A stretch of DNA of 64,000 nt from Candidatus Tenebribacter burtonii (GTDB taxonomy: Bacteria > Cloacimonadota > Cloacimonadia > Cloacimonadales > TCS61). The translations under genes and the position numbers were made by a program. How positions within the stretch are numbered: position 1 is the stretch's first letter; each line of letters opens with the position of its first letter. Shown in pieces: positions 55,099 to 64,000 of this stretch. Location of the stretch: assembly GCA_030765625.1 (NCBI GenBank), contig JAVCCF010000142.1, forward strand, positions 12,429 to 76,428, written 5' to 3'. The notes beneath the pieces are model-generated. The model was not told the DNA's origin and searched no databases. It was given only the letters and a program-made list of their open reading frames with translations.

Positions 55099-56328
55099 AT
55101 GAATAAAATAGTATTGTTTTTTTTAAAGAAATATTTTTCATCCCCAAAAAGAGAATGGTTGCGGTTTGATTCTATTTTTATGGTCATAGGTATAATCATA
55201 TCTGTAGCAACACTCACCGTGGCATTATCAATATTTGAAGGATATGAGACCGTACTGAAAAATACAATTCTCGGAGTAAATTCACATATCTATATTTTTA
55301 AATCTGGTGAAGGAAATCTTACAAAACAAGATGTTAAACAAATAGAAAATGAACTGCAAGAACATGAAGATGTAGAAAATACTTCTGCTCTTATAATTAC
55401 TCAAGCAATGGCTGCTAATGGGAATAGAATAAAGGGTTCTATTGTTCGCGGGATAGACTGGGAAAAGCAAGAACTTCCCAGCAAATATAAGAAATATGTA
55501 TTGGAAGGTACATGGAAACTTGATGCTAGAAATTCGGCAGTAGTTGGCTATAAACTGGCTAAGGAATTGAACCTGCAAATAGGAGATAATTTTAAGCTCA
55601 TTAGTCCGATGAATTCCAAAGTTACACCAATGGGTTTGAAGCCAAAAGAAGAAAAATTCACGTTAGTTGGTTTGTATAGATCAGGAATGTATGAGTACGA
55701 CAGTAAATTCATCTTTATTGATAGAGAAAAAATGGCAGAATTTAATTCCATGGAGAATGAATTTACAATGGTGGAAGTAAAACTGAAACCGGATTGGATC
55801 GAGAAAGCTGATTATATTGCTTATACATGGGAATATGAATTTGATTATCAATATCAAATATCTTCATGGGTGGATTTTAACAGTAATCTGTTTGCGTTAT
55901 TAAAAATGGAGAAATGGGTAATTTTCATTATATTAAGCTTTTTGATCCTTATTGCATCGTTCAATGTTGTGAGTTCAGTTTCTACTTCGATAATGGAAAA
56001 ACGTACAGAACTGGGAATATTAAAAGCATTTGGAGCTTCCGATAAAATCTTACAGAGAGTATTTATTGGTAAAACTCTAATATTAGCTTTGTTATCTGTT
56101 TCGTGCGGTCAGATACTGGGAGTTCTATTAGCAAAATTCCTGAGCTATCAAAAATTCTTTATACTCAAGGGAGAGGTTTACTTTCTTGAAAAAATAAACG
56201 TTCAGTTTAGTTATTTAAGTTGGATTTTAATTCTGGGAGTATCGATGATGATAGTATTTACAGCTTCACTAATACCCCTAAAGAATATTTCAAAATTGAA
56301 TATTGCAAATATAATTAGGAAAACATAA
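55099..56328 (+). CDS. Lipoprotein-release ABC permease (LolC/LolE, FtsX/MacB family)
   Basis: 409 aa. One N-terminal TM, a large periplasmic domain, and three C-terminal TMs with the FtsX-type region EKRTELGILKAFGAS. Confidence 0.8.
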   Translation: MNKIVLFFLKKYFSSPKREWLRFDSIFMVIGIIISVATLTVALSIFEGYETVLKNTILGVNSHIYIFKSGEGNLTKQDVKQIENELQEHEDVENTSALIITQAMAANGNRIKGSIVRGIDWEKQELPSKYKKYVLEGTWKLDARNSAVVGYKLAKELNLQIGDNFKLISPMNSKVTPMGLKPKEEKFTLVGLYRSGMYEYDSKFIFIDREKMAEFNSMENEFTMVEVKLKPDWIEKADYIAYTWEYEFDYQYQISSWVDFNSNLFALLKMEKWVIFIILSFLILIASFNVVSSVSTSIMEKRTELGILKAFGASDKILQRVFIGKTLILALLSVSCGQILGVLLAKFLSYQKFFILKGEVYFLEKINVQFSYLSWILILGVSMMIVFTASLIPLKNISKLNIANIIRKT

Positions 56329-56350
56329 TACTAAAGCTGGGAGATTAGAT

Positions 56351-57028
56351 TTGAGTTTAATAAGAGTTGAGAAATTAAAGAAAAGTTACAACGAAACATC
56401 GGGTAAGTTAGAAGTCTTGAGAGAAGTGAATCTAGAAATACAGCAGAGTGAAATGATAGCAATCACCGGTGAATCCGGCAGCGGGAAAAGTACACTTCTT
56501 CATATGATGGGGATGCTGGATAGTTTCGACTCCGGTAATATTTATTATTCCGGTAAAAAGATAGATGTGAAAGATAAAGATCTAAATGAATTCAGGAATA
56601 AACGAATTGGATTTGTTTTCCAGTTTCATTATCTTTTAGAAGATTTTACAGCCGAAGAAAATGTAGCAATGCCAATGTTTCTGGCTACAAAAGATCTCAA
56701 GGTAAGTGTAAGAGAATCCAGAAAATTATTAAAAGCACTTGATCTTTATGACAGGCGTAGTCATTATCCCAACCAACTCAGCGGTGGAGAACAGCAAAGA
56801 GTAGCGGTAGCTCGATCTCTGATAAATTCGCCGGAAATCATTTTTGCTGATGAACCAACTGGAAATCTAGATTCAAAACATAGTGAGGAATTAATTAATA
56901 TTATGATGAGTCTAAATAAAAAATACGGACAAACTTTTATAATTGCAACACATAATAAAGAAATAGCAAGTAGAATGGAAAGATGTTTCATTCTGGAAAA
57001 TGGAATTTTAAAAGAAACAGCAAAATAA
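56351..57028 (+). CDS. lolD: Lipoprotein-release ABC ATP-binding protein
   Basis: TTG start with GGGAG upstream. Walker [22 protein letters not shown]. Signature LSGGEQQR. Walker [12 protein letters not shown]. Confidence 0.85.
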   Translation: MSLIRVEKLKKSYNETSGKLEVLREVNLEIQQSEMIAITGESGSGKSTLLHMMGMLDSFDSGNIYYSGKKIDVKDKDLNEFRNKRIGFVFQFHYLLEDFTAEENVAMPMFLATKDLKVSVRESRKLLKALDLYDRRSHYPNQLSGGEQQRVAVARSLINSPEIIFADEPTGNLDSKHSEELINIMMSLNKKYGQTFIIATHNKEIASRMERCFILENGILKETAK

Positions 57029-57042
57029 GATATTAATTTTTA

Positions 57043-60000
57043 ATGAAAAAGAAAACCTGGCTATTTATTATCGTGTTAATTGTCTTTATCATCAATATTT
57101 CTTTCTTTGTATTGGTAAGATTGGCAAAAGTGGATAAGATAGTCCAAACTAAGATTTCCAATCAACTTTCTGATATCCTAAACGCTGACATTAAAATGGA
57201 AGAATTTACTTTTAATGATAAGCAAGCAAATATTTCAGGAATCGAGATTAGTAAAGCTGGTAAATTTAACCTAAAAATTAGCCAGCTTTATATTGAGTAT
57301 GATTTGTTAAAATTGATCTTCTCAAAATTTAAAAATTTAAAAGCGATAACTCATATTAAGATTTACGATCCTGAATTTTCTATTCAAATTAAACCTGATG
57401 GGAATAAAAAAGAGAAAAGTGAATTTATTATTCCTGATGTTACAGAATACTTTAAAATGCTGAATATCTATAACGGTTCAGTAAATATTGAATTTGAAAA
57501 TGAAGTGCTTCATATTACCCATAGCTGGCAGAAAATCAATCTTGCAATAAAAAATAGTAAAAAATCTGAGATTATACTTTCGGCTTGTTCTGGCCAAAGC
57601 TCAAAATTGCAAATTACTTGTATTCTAAATAACGGTGTAATCGAGGAAGCAGATCTCAAGTTAAATGATCTAGAACTTTCAAATTTAGAAATATCTCAAC
57701 TAAGTTCTTTAGGTTTCCAACTTGATGCAGATTTACAATATTTTGATGACAAACTTAATTATATTTCAAATATAAAAAATATTAATGCTGAGTTTTCAGG
57801 AAAGAAAGCATCAATTGATTCAATATTTATTTATGGAAATAGTAAACGAACTTTTATTACACTTCACAATTCATATTTGGATGGTAACAAAGTAGAAGGA
57901 AGTGCAGATATTCATGATATTCTCTCAAATAATCGAACAATAAATTCTGAGCTTATAATTCCAAATGTATCTCTACACAAATATATTGAGCAAGTTAATG
58001 GAAACTTGAATGCAAATATCAATATCTCGGGTAAGATTGCCAACCCTGTAATCAACGCAAAATTAACTTCCAATAAACTTACGTCAGCTAAGCAGGAATT
58101 AAAAGATATTAATGTTATAGCAATTATGAAAGATGGTAATATTGAGCTGAACTTAAAAAAATCTATCTGGGAAAAAAATCTGTTAATTGGAGATGGATAT
58201 TATAAGATCAGAGAAAGTTTGCATCTGAATCTCCATTCCAAAAATATGCTCTGGCAAAGAGAAAAGTTGCGAATTACAGGTGATCTTTCATCGACAATAA
58301 ACTACCAGAATATTCCCGAAATATTTATAGAACTTGATAATATAAATATTCAATCCAGCTTATTTGAGTTTGATGATCTGGCTCTTAGAGTGAATCTAAT
58401 GGGTGACGACTTTATAGCAAACGTAACGCACTCATTAAAAAATATTGATTTTTCATGTTTTGGAAATATCCGATCTCAAGAATTAAAAGCAAAATTAAAA
58501 CTTCGCGGATTAGATTTGAATCCAGTTTTGAACGGGAGCTCCCTTCCAATTCTTACCGGAGATATAGAAGTTGATGCCGACAAATATAGTATTGTAACAA
58601 ATTCTAATATTATGGTTTATGATAGGGATTACGGCAAATTAGGGGGAAGGTTCAAAACCAATATTAAGCTGGATCTTTCTAAAAAACATTCTCTTATTAA
58701 TTTGCAATCTTTTAATGCCAGATATAATTATGAACCATTTAAAATTGATTTATTTGCAGAGGGATCACTGGATAGTCTTCAAATCAATTATTTAAAATTA
58801 AATCAGATGATAAATATAAAAGGTTGGTTAAAGCGAAAACCAGAATTTAAATATAAGTTATCTATGCAAGGTGAAAACATTAAGATTAAAGAATTTTCCA
58901 AATATTTGTTGGATTATTATACTTCCCAGCAATTAGATGGAATTTTTAGTATTGATATGAATGTAGACAATTGGGAGGAAGGGAGTATAGGTGGATTAAT
59001 TACTGTTGATAATTTCAAAATGAGTGGCATGAAAGAACTCGATGCTAAATTGAAACTTATGGGAGACAACTCCAAGATAAATATTCGGGATAGCTTTATT
59101 AAAACAAATGAACACAAAATTATTGATTTACAAGGTGTTTTGACCATAAACCCGGAGATTAACATTACAGCGAACGGAATTATAGATTCACTTCAATTAG
59201 CTGATATTCTCCAGAAGGAAAATTTGAATGGGATAGTAAAAGGTGGTATCGAATTTTCCAGATCGCAAAACAATAACGAATTTCAAATGGATTTTGAAGT
59301 AAAGCAATTCAAACTAAACAAATTCCGTGCTGACCTTTTAAAGTTTGATATTCTCCAGAATGACAGTTTGCTCTATGTGAACGAAATCAAATGCTACAGG
59401 AAAGATGAATTCAATTTAAGATCAAATGGCACGATAGGTTTCAATATTTTAAATAGTAAAGCATTTTCAGACACAAATTATCTTTCAATTAAATTTGATG
59501 GTGATCTGATAAAAGTGTTATCTGATCAGACAAATGCAATAATTAGTGGTGGGTCGAATGCAGAGTTTGAATTTAAGATTGGAACACGAGAGAGTAAAAT
59601 ATTTATAGAGAAGGGAAATTTCTCTTTAACTAAAGGATACATGAAAATAAACGATCAACCTGAAGATATAGATAAGTTAACCTTCAAATTTAAAATCATC
59701 AATGATATTTTTAAAATAGATAAATTCCAATTCCGCATGGGCGAAGGTAGATGCCACATTTCTAATGAGATAACTAACGATAATGAAGATTTTATTTTGG
59801 GTACGCTTAATCTTGGAAAGATTCTTATTAATACCAATGACGGCGGAGTCCTCTTTAATATGCCAGGATACATTCCTGAAAATAACGTGGTAAAAATAGT
59901 GATTTCTGGAAGGGATAATGAATATTTTGAAGTAAGAGGTCCATTTGAGGATGTTCAACTGATTGGTGATTTGAATATCTCGAATGGTGGTGTAATCTTC

Positions 60001-60987
60001 CCACCGAATACAGAAAATCTACTAAAACTTTTTAATACCGTTCGTGAAAAAAGAGAAAGTGGAAATGTTACATTACCACTTAGTTTTAATCTTATGGTAA
60101 ATTTTGGTGAAAATATGAAGTATGTAACATATCCATTAGATATAAAACTAAATCAAGGTGGATATCTCAATTTAATTTATGAAAATGAAGAATTTACGAT
60201 TGCTGATGCGTTATTCATAGCAGAGGAAGGTTCTGTTGATATTTTTGGAACTGAAATGAAATTAGATTATTTGCAGATCCAGCTTAGCAAATTCACAGAG
60301 GGTGCTAATATATCCGGCACATTTTATAAGAAAACAGCTGATGGTTCATTGATAACTTTGAATATTTATAATGAAATTACAGGGAATGATAAGGTGGGAA
60401 CTTTAAAATTTTCGCTCCTTAGTGATAATGCTAATGATCGGATAACAGATATTTTATCTAAACTTAGATACAATAGATCAATGGAAGATATTTCACCCGA
60501 CCAGAAAAAAACACTATTGCAGGATGAAGTAATTCAAATAGCCGGAATGGGATTGGAAAGTGCAGTAATGGATCCTTTATTATCACCTTTAGAAAATTGG
60601 GTAAGAAAAACATTAAAGCTAGATTATTTTCATATTCGAACAGACCTTGTACAGAATCTCTTTGCCAGCTATTCTTCTGACGAAAAATCCCAATATGAGA
60701 TTTATAATGAAACTAATGAACTTGCTAAATTGTCATCTGAATTGTTCTTGAATAACTTGTCTGTAAGTATGGGAAGATATTTGAGTCGTGATCTATTTCT
60801 TGATTATGAAACACGTGTAGAAAGATCTCAGGATGTTGCTTTAGCATCCGAGATGGGTGTATTTCATGAGTTTTCATTAAGATATCAATTGCCGTTTAAA
60901 TTCAGAATTTTATATAAATATAAAATATTACCCTTCAAGGAAGAAAACCCACATGAGATCATGCTGGAAAAATCATTTAAATTTTAG
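57043..60987 (+). CDS. tamB: TamB/AsmA-like translocation and assembly module protein
   Basis: 1314 aa. Single N-terminal TM anchor, a long beta-rich repetitive body, and a DUF490-like C-terminus (LSRDLFLDYETRVE...FSLRYQLPFKFRI). Confidence 0.7.
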   Translation: MKKKTWLFIIVLIVFIINISFFVLVRLAKVDKIVQTKISNQLSDILNADIKMEEFTFNDKQANISGIEISKAGKFNLKISQLYIEYDLLKLIFSKFKNLKAITHIKIYDPEFSIQIKPDGNKKEKSEFIIPDVTEYFKMLNIYNGSVNIEFENEVLHITHSWQKINLAIKNSKKSEIILSACSGQSSKLQITCILNNGVIEEADLKLNDLELSNLEISQLSSLGFQLDADLQYFDDKLNYISNIKNINAEFSGKKASIDSIFIYGNSKRTFITLHNSYLDGNKVEGSADIHDILSNNRTINSELIIPNVSLHKYIEQVNGNLNANINISGKIANPVINAKLTSNKLTSAKQELKDINVIAIMKDGNIELNLKKSIWEKNLLIGDGYYKIRESLHLNLHSKNMLWQREKLRITGDLSSTINYQNIPEIFIELDNINIQSSLFEFDDLALRVNLMGDDFIANVTHSLKNIDFSCFGNIRSQELKAKLKLRGLDLNPVLNGSSLPILTGDIEVDADKYSIVTNSNIMVYDRDYGKLGGRFKTNIKLDLSKKHSLINLQSFNARYNYEPFKIDLFAEGSLDSLQINYLKLNQMINIKGWLKRKPEFKYKLSMQGENIKIKEFSKYLLDYYTSQQLDGIFSIDMNVDNWEEGSIGGLITVDNFKMSGMKELDAKLKLMGDNSKINIRDSFIKTNEHKIIDLQGVLTINPEINITANGIIDSLQLADILQKENLNGIVKGGIEFSRSQNNNEFQMDFEVKQFKLNKFRADLLKFDILQNDSLLYVNEIKCYRKDEFNLRSNGTIGFNILNSKAFSDTNYLSIKFDGDLIKVLSDQTNAIISGGSNAEFEFKIGTRESKIFIEKGNFSLTKGYMKINDQPEDIDKLTFKFKIINDIFKIDKFQFRMGEGRCHISNEITNDNEDFILGTLNLGKILINTNDGGVLFNMPGYIPENNVVKIVISGRDNEYFEVRGPFEDVQLIGDLNISNGGVIFPPNTENLLKLFNTVREKRESGNVTLPLSFNLMVNFGENMKYVTYPLDIKLNQGGYLNLIYENEEFTIADALFIAEEGSVDIFGTEMKLDYLQIQLSKFTEGANISGTFYKKTADGSLITLNIYNEITGNDKVGTLKFSLLSDNANDRITDILSKLRYNRSMEDISPDQKKTLLQDEVIQIAGMGLESAVMDPLLSPLENWVRKTLKLDYFHIRTDLVQNLFASYSSDEKSQYEIYNETNELAKLSSELFLNNLSVSMGRYLSRDLFLDYETRVERSQDVALASEMGVFHEFSLRYQLPFKFRILYKYKILPFKEENPHEIMLEKSFKF

Positions 60988-61170
60988 AATAGGATAACCT
61001 TTAGCACTTTGGTATTCTTGCACTATTTTAATTATTTGACACTTTCCTTACAATTTACATTTTTCTTCATAATTCTAACTTTGCTGTTAATCAACCTTCT
61101 GCTTTATTTTTTAATCTTTGTATCTCTGCCTCTTTAATCTTCTCTTACTTATTTTTCCTTCATTTATTTC

Positions 61171-61199
61171 TTGACCTAATTCAAAGCATATTCTTATAA
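61171..61199 (+). promoter_or_regulatory. Candidate sigma-70-type promoter for ispG
   Basis: TTGACC (61171-61176), a 17-nt spacer, then TTATAA (61194-61199). It sits about 20 nt upstream of the GGAG RBS and ATG of ispG. Sequence match only. Confidence 0.3.
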
Positions 61200-61220
61200 A
61201 ATATTATTGGAGAAACTAAA

Positions 61221-62279
61221 ATGATAAAGAGAAGAAAAACTAGAATTATACAGGTTGGCAATATAGCTATCGGTGGCGATAATCCTATTTCTATACAATC
61301 GATGACCACTACAAAAACTCCAGACATAAAAGCTACTGTTCAACAGATAAAAGAACTGGCAATTGCCGGTTGCGATATTGTGCGTGTTGCTGTTCCTGAT
61401 ATTACTTCTGCAAAAGCAATACAACAGATCAAACAACAAACTTCAATTCCTCTTATCGCAGATATACACTTTGATTACAAGCTTGCAATTGCCTCTATAA
61501 AAGCTGGTGTGGACGGATTACGTTTGAATCCAGGCAATATTGGTAATGAGCAAAATGTACTAAAGGTTATTGATGTTGCCAGAGAAAAAAACATTCCAAT
61601 TCGTATTGGTGTGAATAGCGGATCGCTTTCAAAAGAAAAACTAATGAAATATGGTGTTTCTGCACAAGGGATTGTAGAAAGTGCTTTAGAACACGTTGCC
61701 ATTCTGGAAAAAGCAAATTATCATGAGATCAAGATCTCGGTGAAGGCATCTTCAGTTCCATTAACTATCGAGTCGTATCAACTACTCTCTTCCAAAATAG
61801 ATTATCCGCTGCATCTTGGAGTTACAGAAGCAGGAACAGAATTTATTGGAACCATCAAATCTTCTATTGGTATTGGCTCATTACTATTTCAGGGAATTGG
61901 TGATACTCTCCGGGTTTCATTAACTGCTGATCCTGTAAAAGAGATCGTGGTTGGAAAGAAAATTCTAAAAGCACTTCATATTCGTAAAGGTTTAGAAATT
62001 ATCTCCTGCCCCACTTGCGGTAGAACAGATATTGATATTATTTCACTGGCAAAAAAGGTTGAAAAAGCTCTTGAGAAATATGCAGACACAGATCTTTCAG
62101 TTGCCGTAATGGGCTGCATTGTGAACGGTCCGGGAGAAGCCAGGGAAGCTGATTTTGGAATTGCCGGCGGTAAACATGAAGGATTGCTCTTTAAGAAAGG
62201 TAAAATTTTACGTAAAGTTAAGGAAGAGGAATTAGTTCCACAACTTATTAAACTCATTGAAGAGAATGTTAAAATTTAA
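61221..62279 (+). CDS. ispG: 4-hydroxy-3-methylbut-2-en-1-yl diphosphate synthase
   Basis: RRKTRIIQVGNIAIGGDNPISIQSMTTT, ADIHFDYKLA, LRLNPGNIG, ISCPTCGR and MGCIVNGPGEA motifs. Confidence 0.95.
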   Translation: MIKRRKTRIIQVGNIAIGGDNPISIQSMTTTKTPDIKATVQQIKELAIAGCDIVRVAVPDITSAKAIQQIKQQTSIPLIADIHFDYKLAIASIKAGVDGLRLNPGNIGNEQNVLKVIDVAREKNIPIRIGVNSGSLSKEKLMKYGVSAQGIVESALEHVAILEKANYHEIKISVKASSVPLTIESYQLLSSKIDYPLHLGVTEAGTEFIGTIKSSIGIGSLLFQGIGDTLRVSLTADPVKEIVVGKKILKALHIRKGLEIISCPTCGRTDIDIISLAKKVEKALEKYADTDLSVAVMGCIVNGPGEAREADFGIAGGKHEGLLFKKGKILRKVKEEELVPQLIKLIEENVKI

Positions 62280-63930
62280 AAGTTTCAGTTTCCTACTTTT
62301 ATTTTGCACAATATTGAATGCTGAGCTTATAATCGGCGAGATAAGATTTGAGGGCAATAAACTCATCTCAGATAAAGAACTTAGCACCAGCATATTGTCA
62401 AGACCTGGAAGTATATTCAATCAAACACTCTTAAATAAAGATGCAAAAAACATTTCCGAATATTATTCCAACAAAGGCATATTCAATATCAAGATTTATG
62501 CTCCTAAAATAATAACTCACTCACCAACCCGTATAGACGTGGTCTTCCAAATAGAAGAATTGAATGAAATCCTAATAACAAAAATATATTTTATTGGAAA
62601 CAGCTACATCACGGATTCCAAATTGTCATCTATATTTTCCAAACAAAATTTTGCCCTATTTGAACTTTCCAGCTCACTAAAAATTTTAACTGAATATTAT
62701 GCTGATAATGGTTTTCTTTTTGCAGATGTAAAGCTTGATAGTCTAAAAAATGAGAACGAAAATTTTACTGCATTCATAAAAATTGATGAAGGTAGATTCT
62801 GCCTGCTCACAGAGTATAAGTTCAAAGGCAACAAAACCACCCGTGATGAAACTCTGGTTAGGATTTCACGGTTAAGTAGAATAGAAAATATTACGCCTGC
62901 AACCTTGCTGCAGGCAGCAAATAATATACGACAGAAAAGATATATTAAAAACTGTGTTCTGATACCACTTGATAATAGTACATTACTTTTTCAGGTGGAA
63001 GAAGACCGCATGAGTTTGATCTCTGGCATATTGGGTTACGATAATTCTAAGGAAGGGAATAACAGAATCACCGGCTGGGTTGATCTCGAATTCATGAATT
63101 TGTACGGAACTGACCGTTCTCTTACGTTAAACTGGCAGCATCTTTCTGCTGATGTAAGTTCCATCGAACTTAAATATCATGAATCCGGAATTTCACGTTA
63201 TCCTATTAATGCTGATCTTTTAATTTACCGTCAAGAAGTTGATTCCACTTATATAAAATCTAAATTCGAAAGTGAAATTTATTATTTTGACCTCTACAAC
63301 CATTATGGAATATTTTTTGGAATGGAAGACATCTTTCCCGGCAGTCGAAAAACATCCATAATCAAAAAATCATCCTTTAAAAAACTTGGCGTTTTGTGGG
63401 ATATGACAGCATTAGATAATATTCTCAATCCATCATCAGGAAAAGAGATATACTTGAAATATTATTATATTTTTAATAGTATAGGCAACAAAGATCTTCG
63501 TAAACAAGCGGTTGAAATTAGATGGGCAAGATATTTTAATGTTGGAAAACAATTTGTTTTGGGATTTGGCGTAAATGCAAATGTGATCGAGAATAAACAG
63601 TTAACAGAATTTGAAGTTTATGAACTCGGTGGTGCAAAAAGCCTGCGCGGTTTTAATGAAAATATTTTCTCTGGTTTCCGTGTTGGTTGGTCAGACATAG
63701 AGTTGAGATATCTTTTCGGACGAAATTCAAGATTTTTTGCTTTTGGTGCATACGGTTATGTAGAAAATCTAAATTATAAATACAGTAATCTTTTCAGTTT
63801 TGGCTTTGGTCTTCGTACTCAAACCAAGATCGGACTGCTTGGTATAGATTACGGATTGGGAATTCAAAACGGTAAAATGAGAAATCCTCTTGACGGAATT
63901 ATTCATATTGGTATAGAAACAGGACTATAA
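62266..63930 (+). CDS. Omp85-family outer-membrane protein, TamA-like (few POTRA domains plus a surface-antigen D15 barrel)
   Basis: Signal peptide MLKFKSFSFLLLFCTILNA. POTRA-like IGEIRFEGNKLISDKEL and IYFIGNSYITDSKL. C-terminal barrel ending GIIHIGIETGL. About 555 aa, which fits TamA rather than a five-POTRA BamA. The ATG at 62266 is preferred over the TTG at 62257. Confidence 0.75.
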   Translation: MLKFKSFSFLLLFCTILNAELIIGEIRFEGNKLISDKELSTSILSRPGSIFNQTLLNKDAKNISEYYSNKGIFNIKIYAPKIITHSPTRIDVVFQIEELNEILITKIYFIGNSYITDSKLSSIFSKQNFALFELSSSLKILTEYYADNGFLFADVKLDSLKNENENFTAFIKIDEGRFCLLTEYKFKGNKTTRDETLVRISRLSRIENITPATLLQAANNIRQKRYIKNCVLIPLDNSTLLFQVEEDRMSLISGILGYDNSKEGNNRITGWVDLEFMNLYGTDRSLTLNWQHLSADVSSIELKYHESGISRYPINADLLIYRQEVDSTYIKSKFESEIYYFDLYNHYGIFFGMEDIFPGSRKTSIIKKSSFKKLGVLWDMTALDNILNPSSGKEIYLKYYYIFNSIGNKDLRKQAVEIRWARYFNVGKQFVLGFGVNANVIENKQLTEFEVYELGGAKSLRGFNENIFSGFRVGWSDIELRYLFGRNSRFFAFGAYGYVENLNYKYSNLFSFGFGLRTQTKIGLLGIDYGLGIQNGKMRNPLDGIIHIGIETGL

Positions 63931-63933
63931 AAA

Positions 63934-64000
63934 TAATTAGAAATTAGAAATTAGAAATTAGAAATTAGAAATTAGAAATTAGAAATTAGAAATTAGAAAT
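63934..64000. repeat. Heptanucleotide tandem repeat (AAATTAG)n, truncated by the window end
   Basis: One imperfect unit (TAATTAG, 63934-63940), then 8 perfect AAATTAG units (63941-63996) and a partial unit. It starts 4 nt after the Omp85 stop codon. Confidence 0.95.

Noticed and set aside
63934-64000. Whether the terminal repeat could be a CRISPR array.
   Set aside because: The units are 7 nt, perfectly tandem and have no spacers. This is a microsatellite, not a CRISPR array.

Overview
AT-rich, densely coding bacterial chromosome segment. By eye it looks like an FCB-group or Cloacimonadota-like organism, but that guess rests only on AT-richness and the many T9SS/FlgD-Ig-type C-terminal sorting domains ending K[CM][LI]L[LI]K. 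I found no rRNA, tRNA, CRISPR array or transposase.

Main blocks, in order:
1. 1-3.9 kb: housekeeping genes. These are a truncated ABCB exporter, a frameshifted and degenerate SbcD/Mre11-like phosphoesterase, a GAF-type fRMsr and aroB.
2. 3.8-19.1 kb: a tightly overlapping minus-strand surface-glycan operon. It carries four GT4 genes, a WecA-type initiating transferase, a Wzx flippase, an ArnT/PMT-like membrane GT, a radical SAM/SPASM enzyme and two paralogous CE4-like deacetylases. A secreted beta-propeller with a T9SS-type tail is embedded in it by an ATGA overlap, and a decayed aroB-like relic lies within it.
3. 19.2-26.4 kb: a PPC/DUF296 protein, ppdK, a PAS histidine kinase with a CheY-like regulator, and a sigma-70-like protein.
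4. 26.5-35.5 kb: a cobalamin-riboswitch-controlled btuF-btuC unit. An opposite-strand Rrf2-cysteine desulfurase-IscU cassette physically separates it from btuD, a TonB-dependent receptor and a YncE-like propeller. Several palindromic repeat families flank the cassette.
5. 35.7-43.2 kb: a Xer recombinase, a P-loop NTPase and two large PAS/GAF/Cache sensors.
6. 43.3-55.0 kb: three giant T9SS-tailed proteins in tandem. Two are gingipain (C25)-like paralogs that keep the catalytic Cys but have Ala or Tyr where gingipains have the catalytic His. Both also carry a NIDO-like module. The third is a PKD-CapA-CBM fusion.
7. 55.1-63.9 kb: outer-membrane biogenesis genes (lolCE, lolD, tamB, ispG, TamA-like Omp85). 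These are followed by a heptanucleotide tandem repeat that runs off the window end.

All domain calls come from motif recognition by eye. No searches or computations were run.
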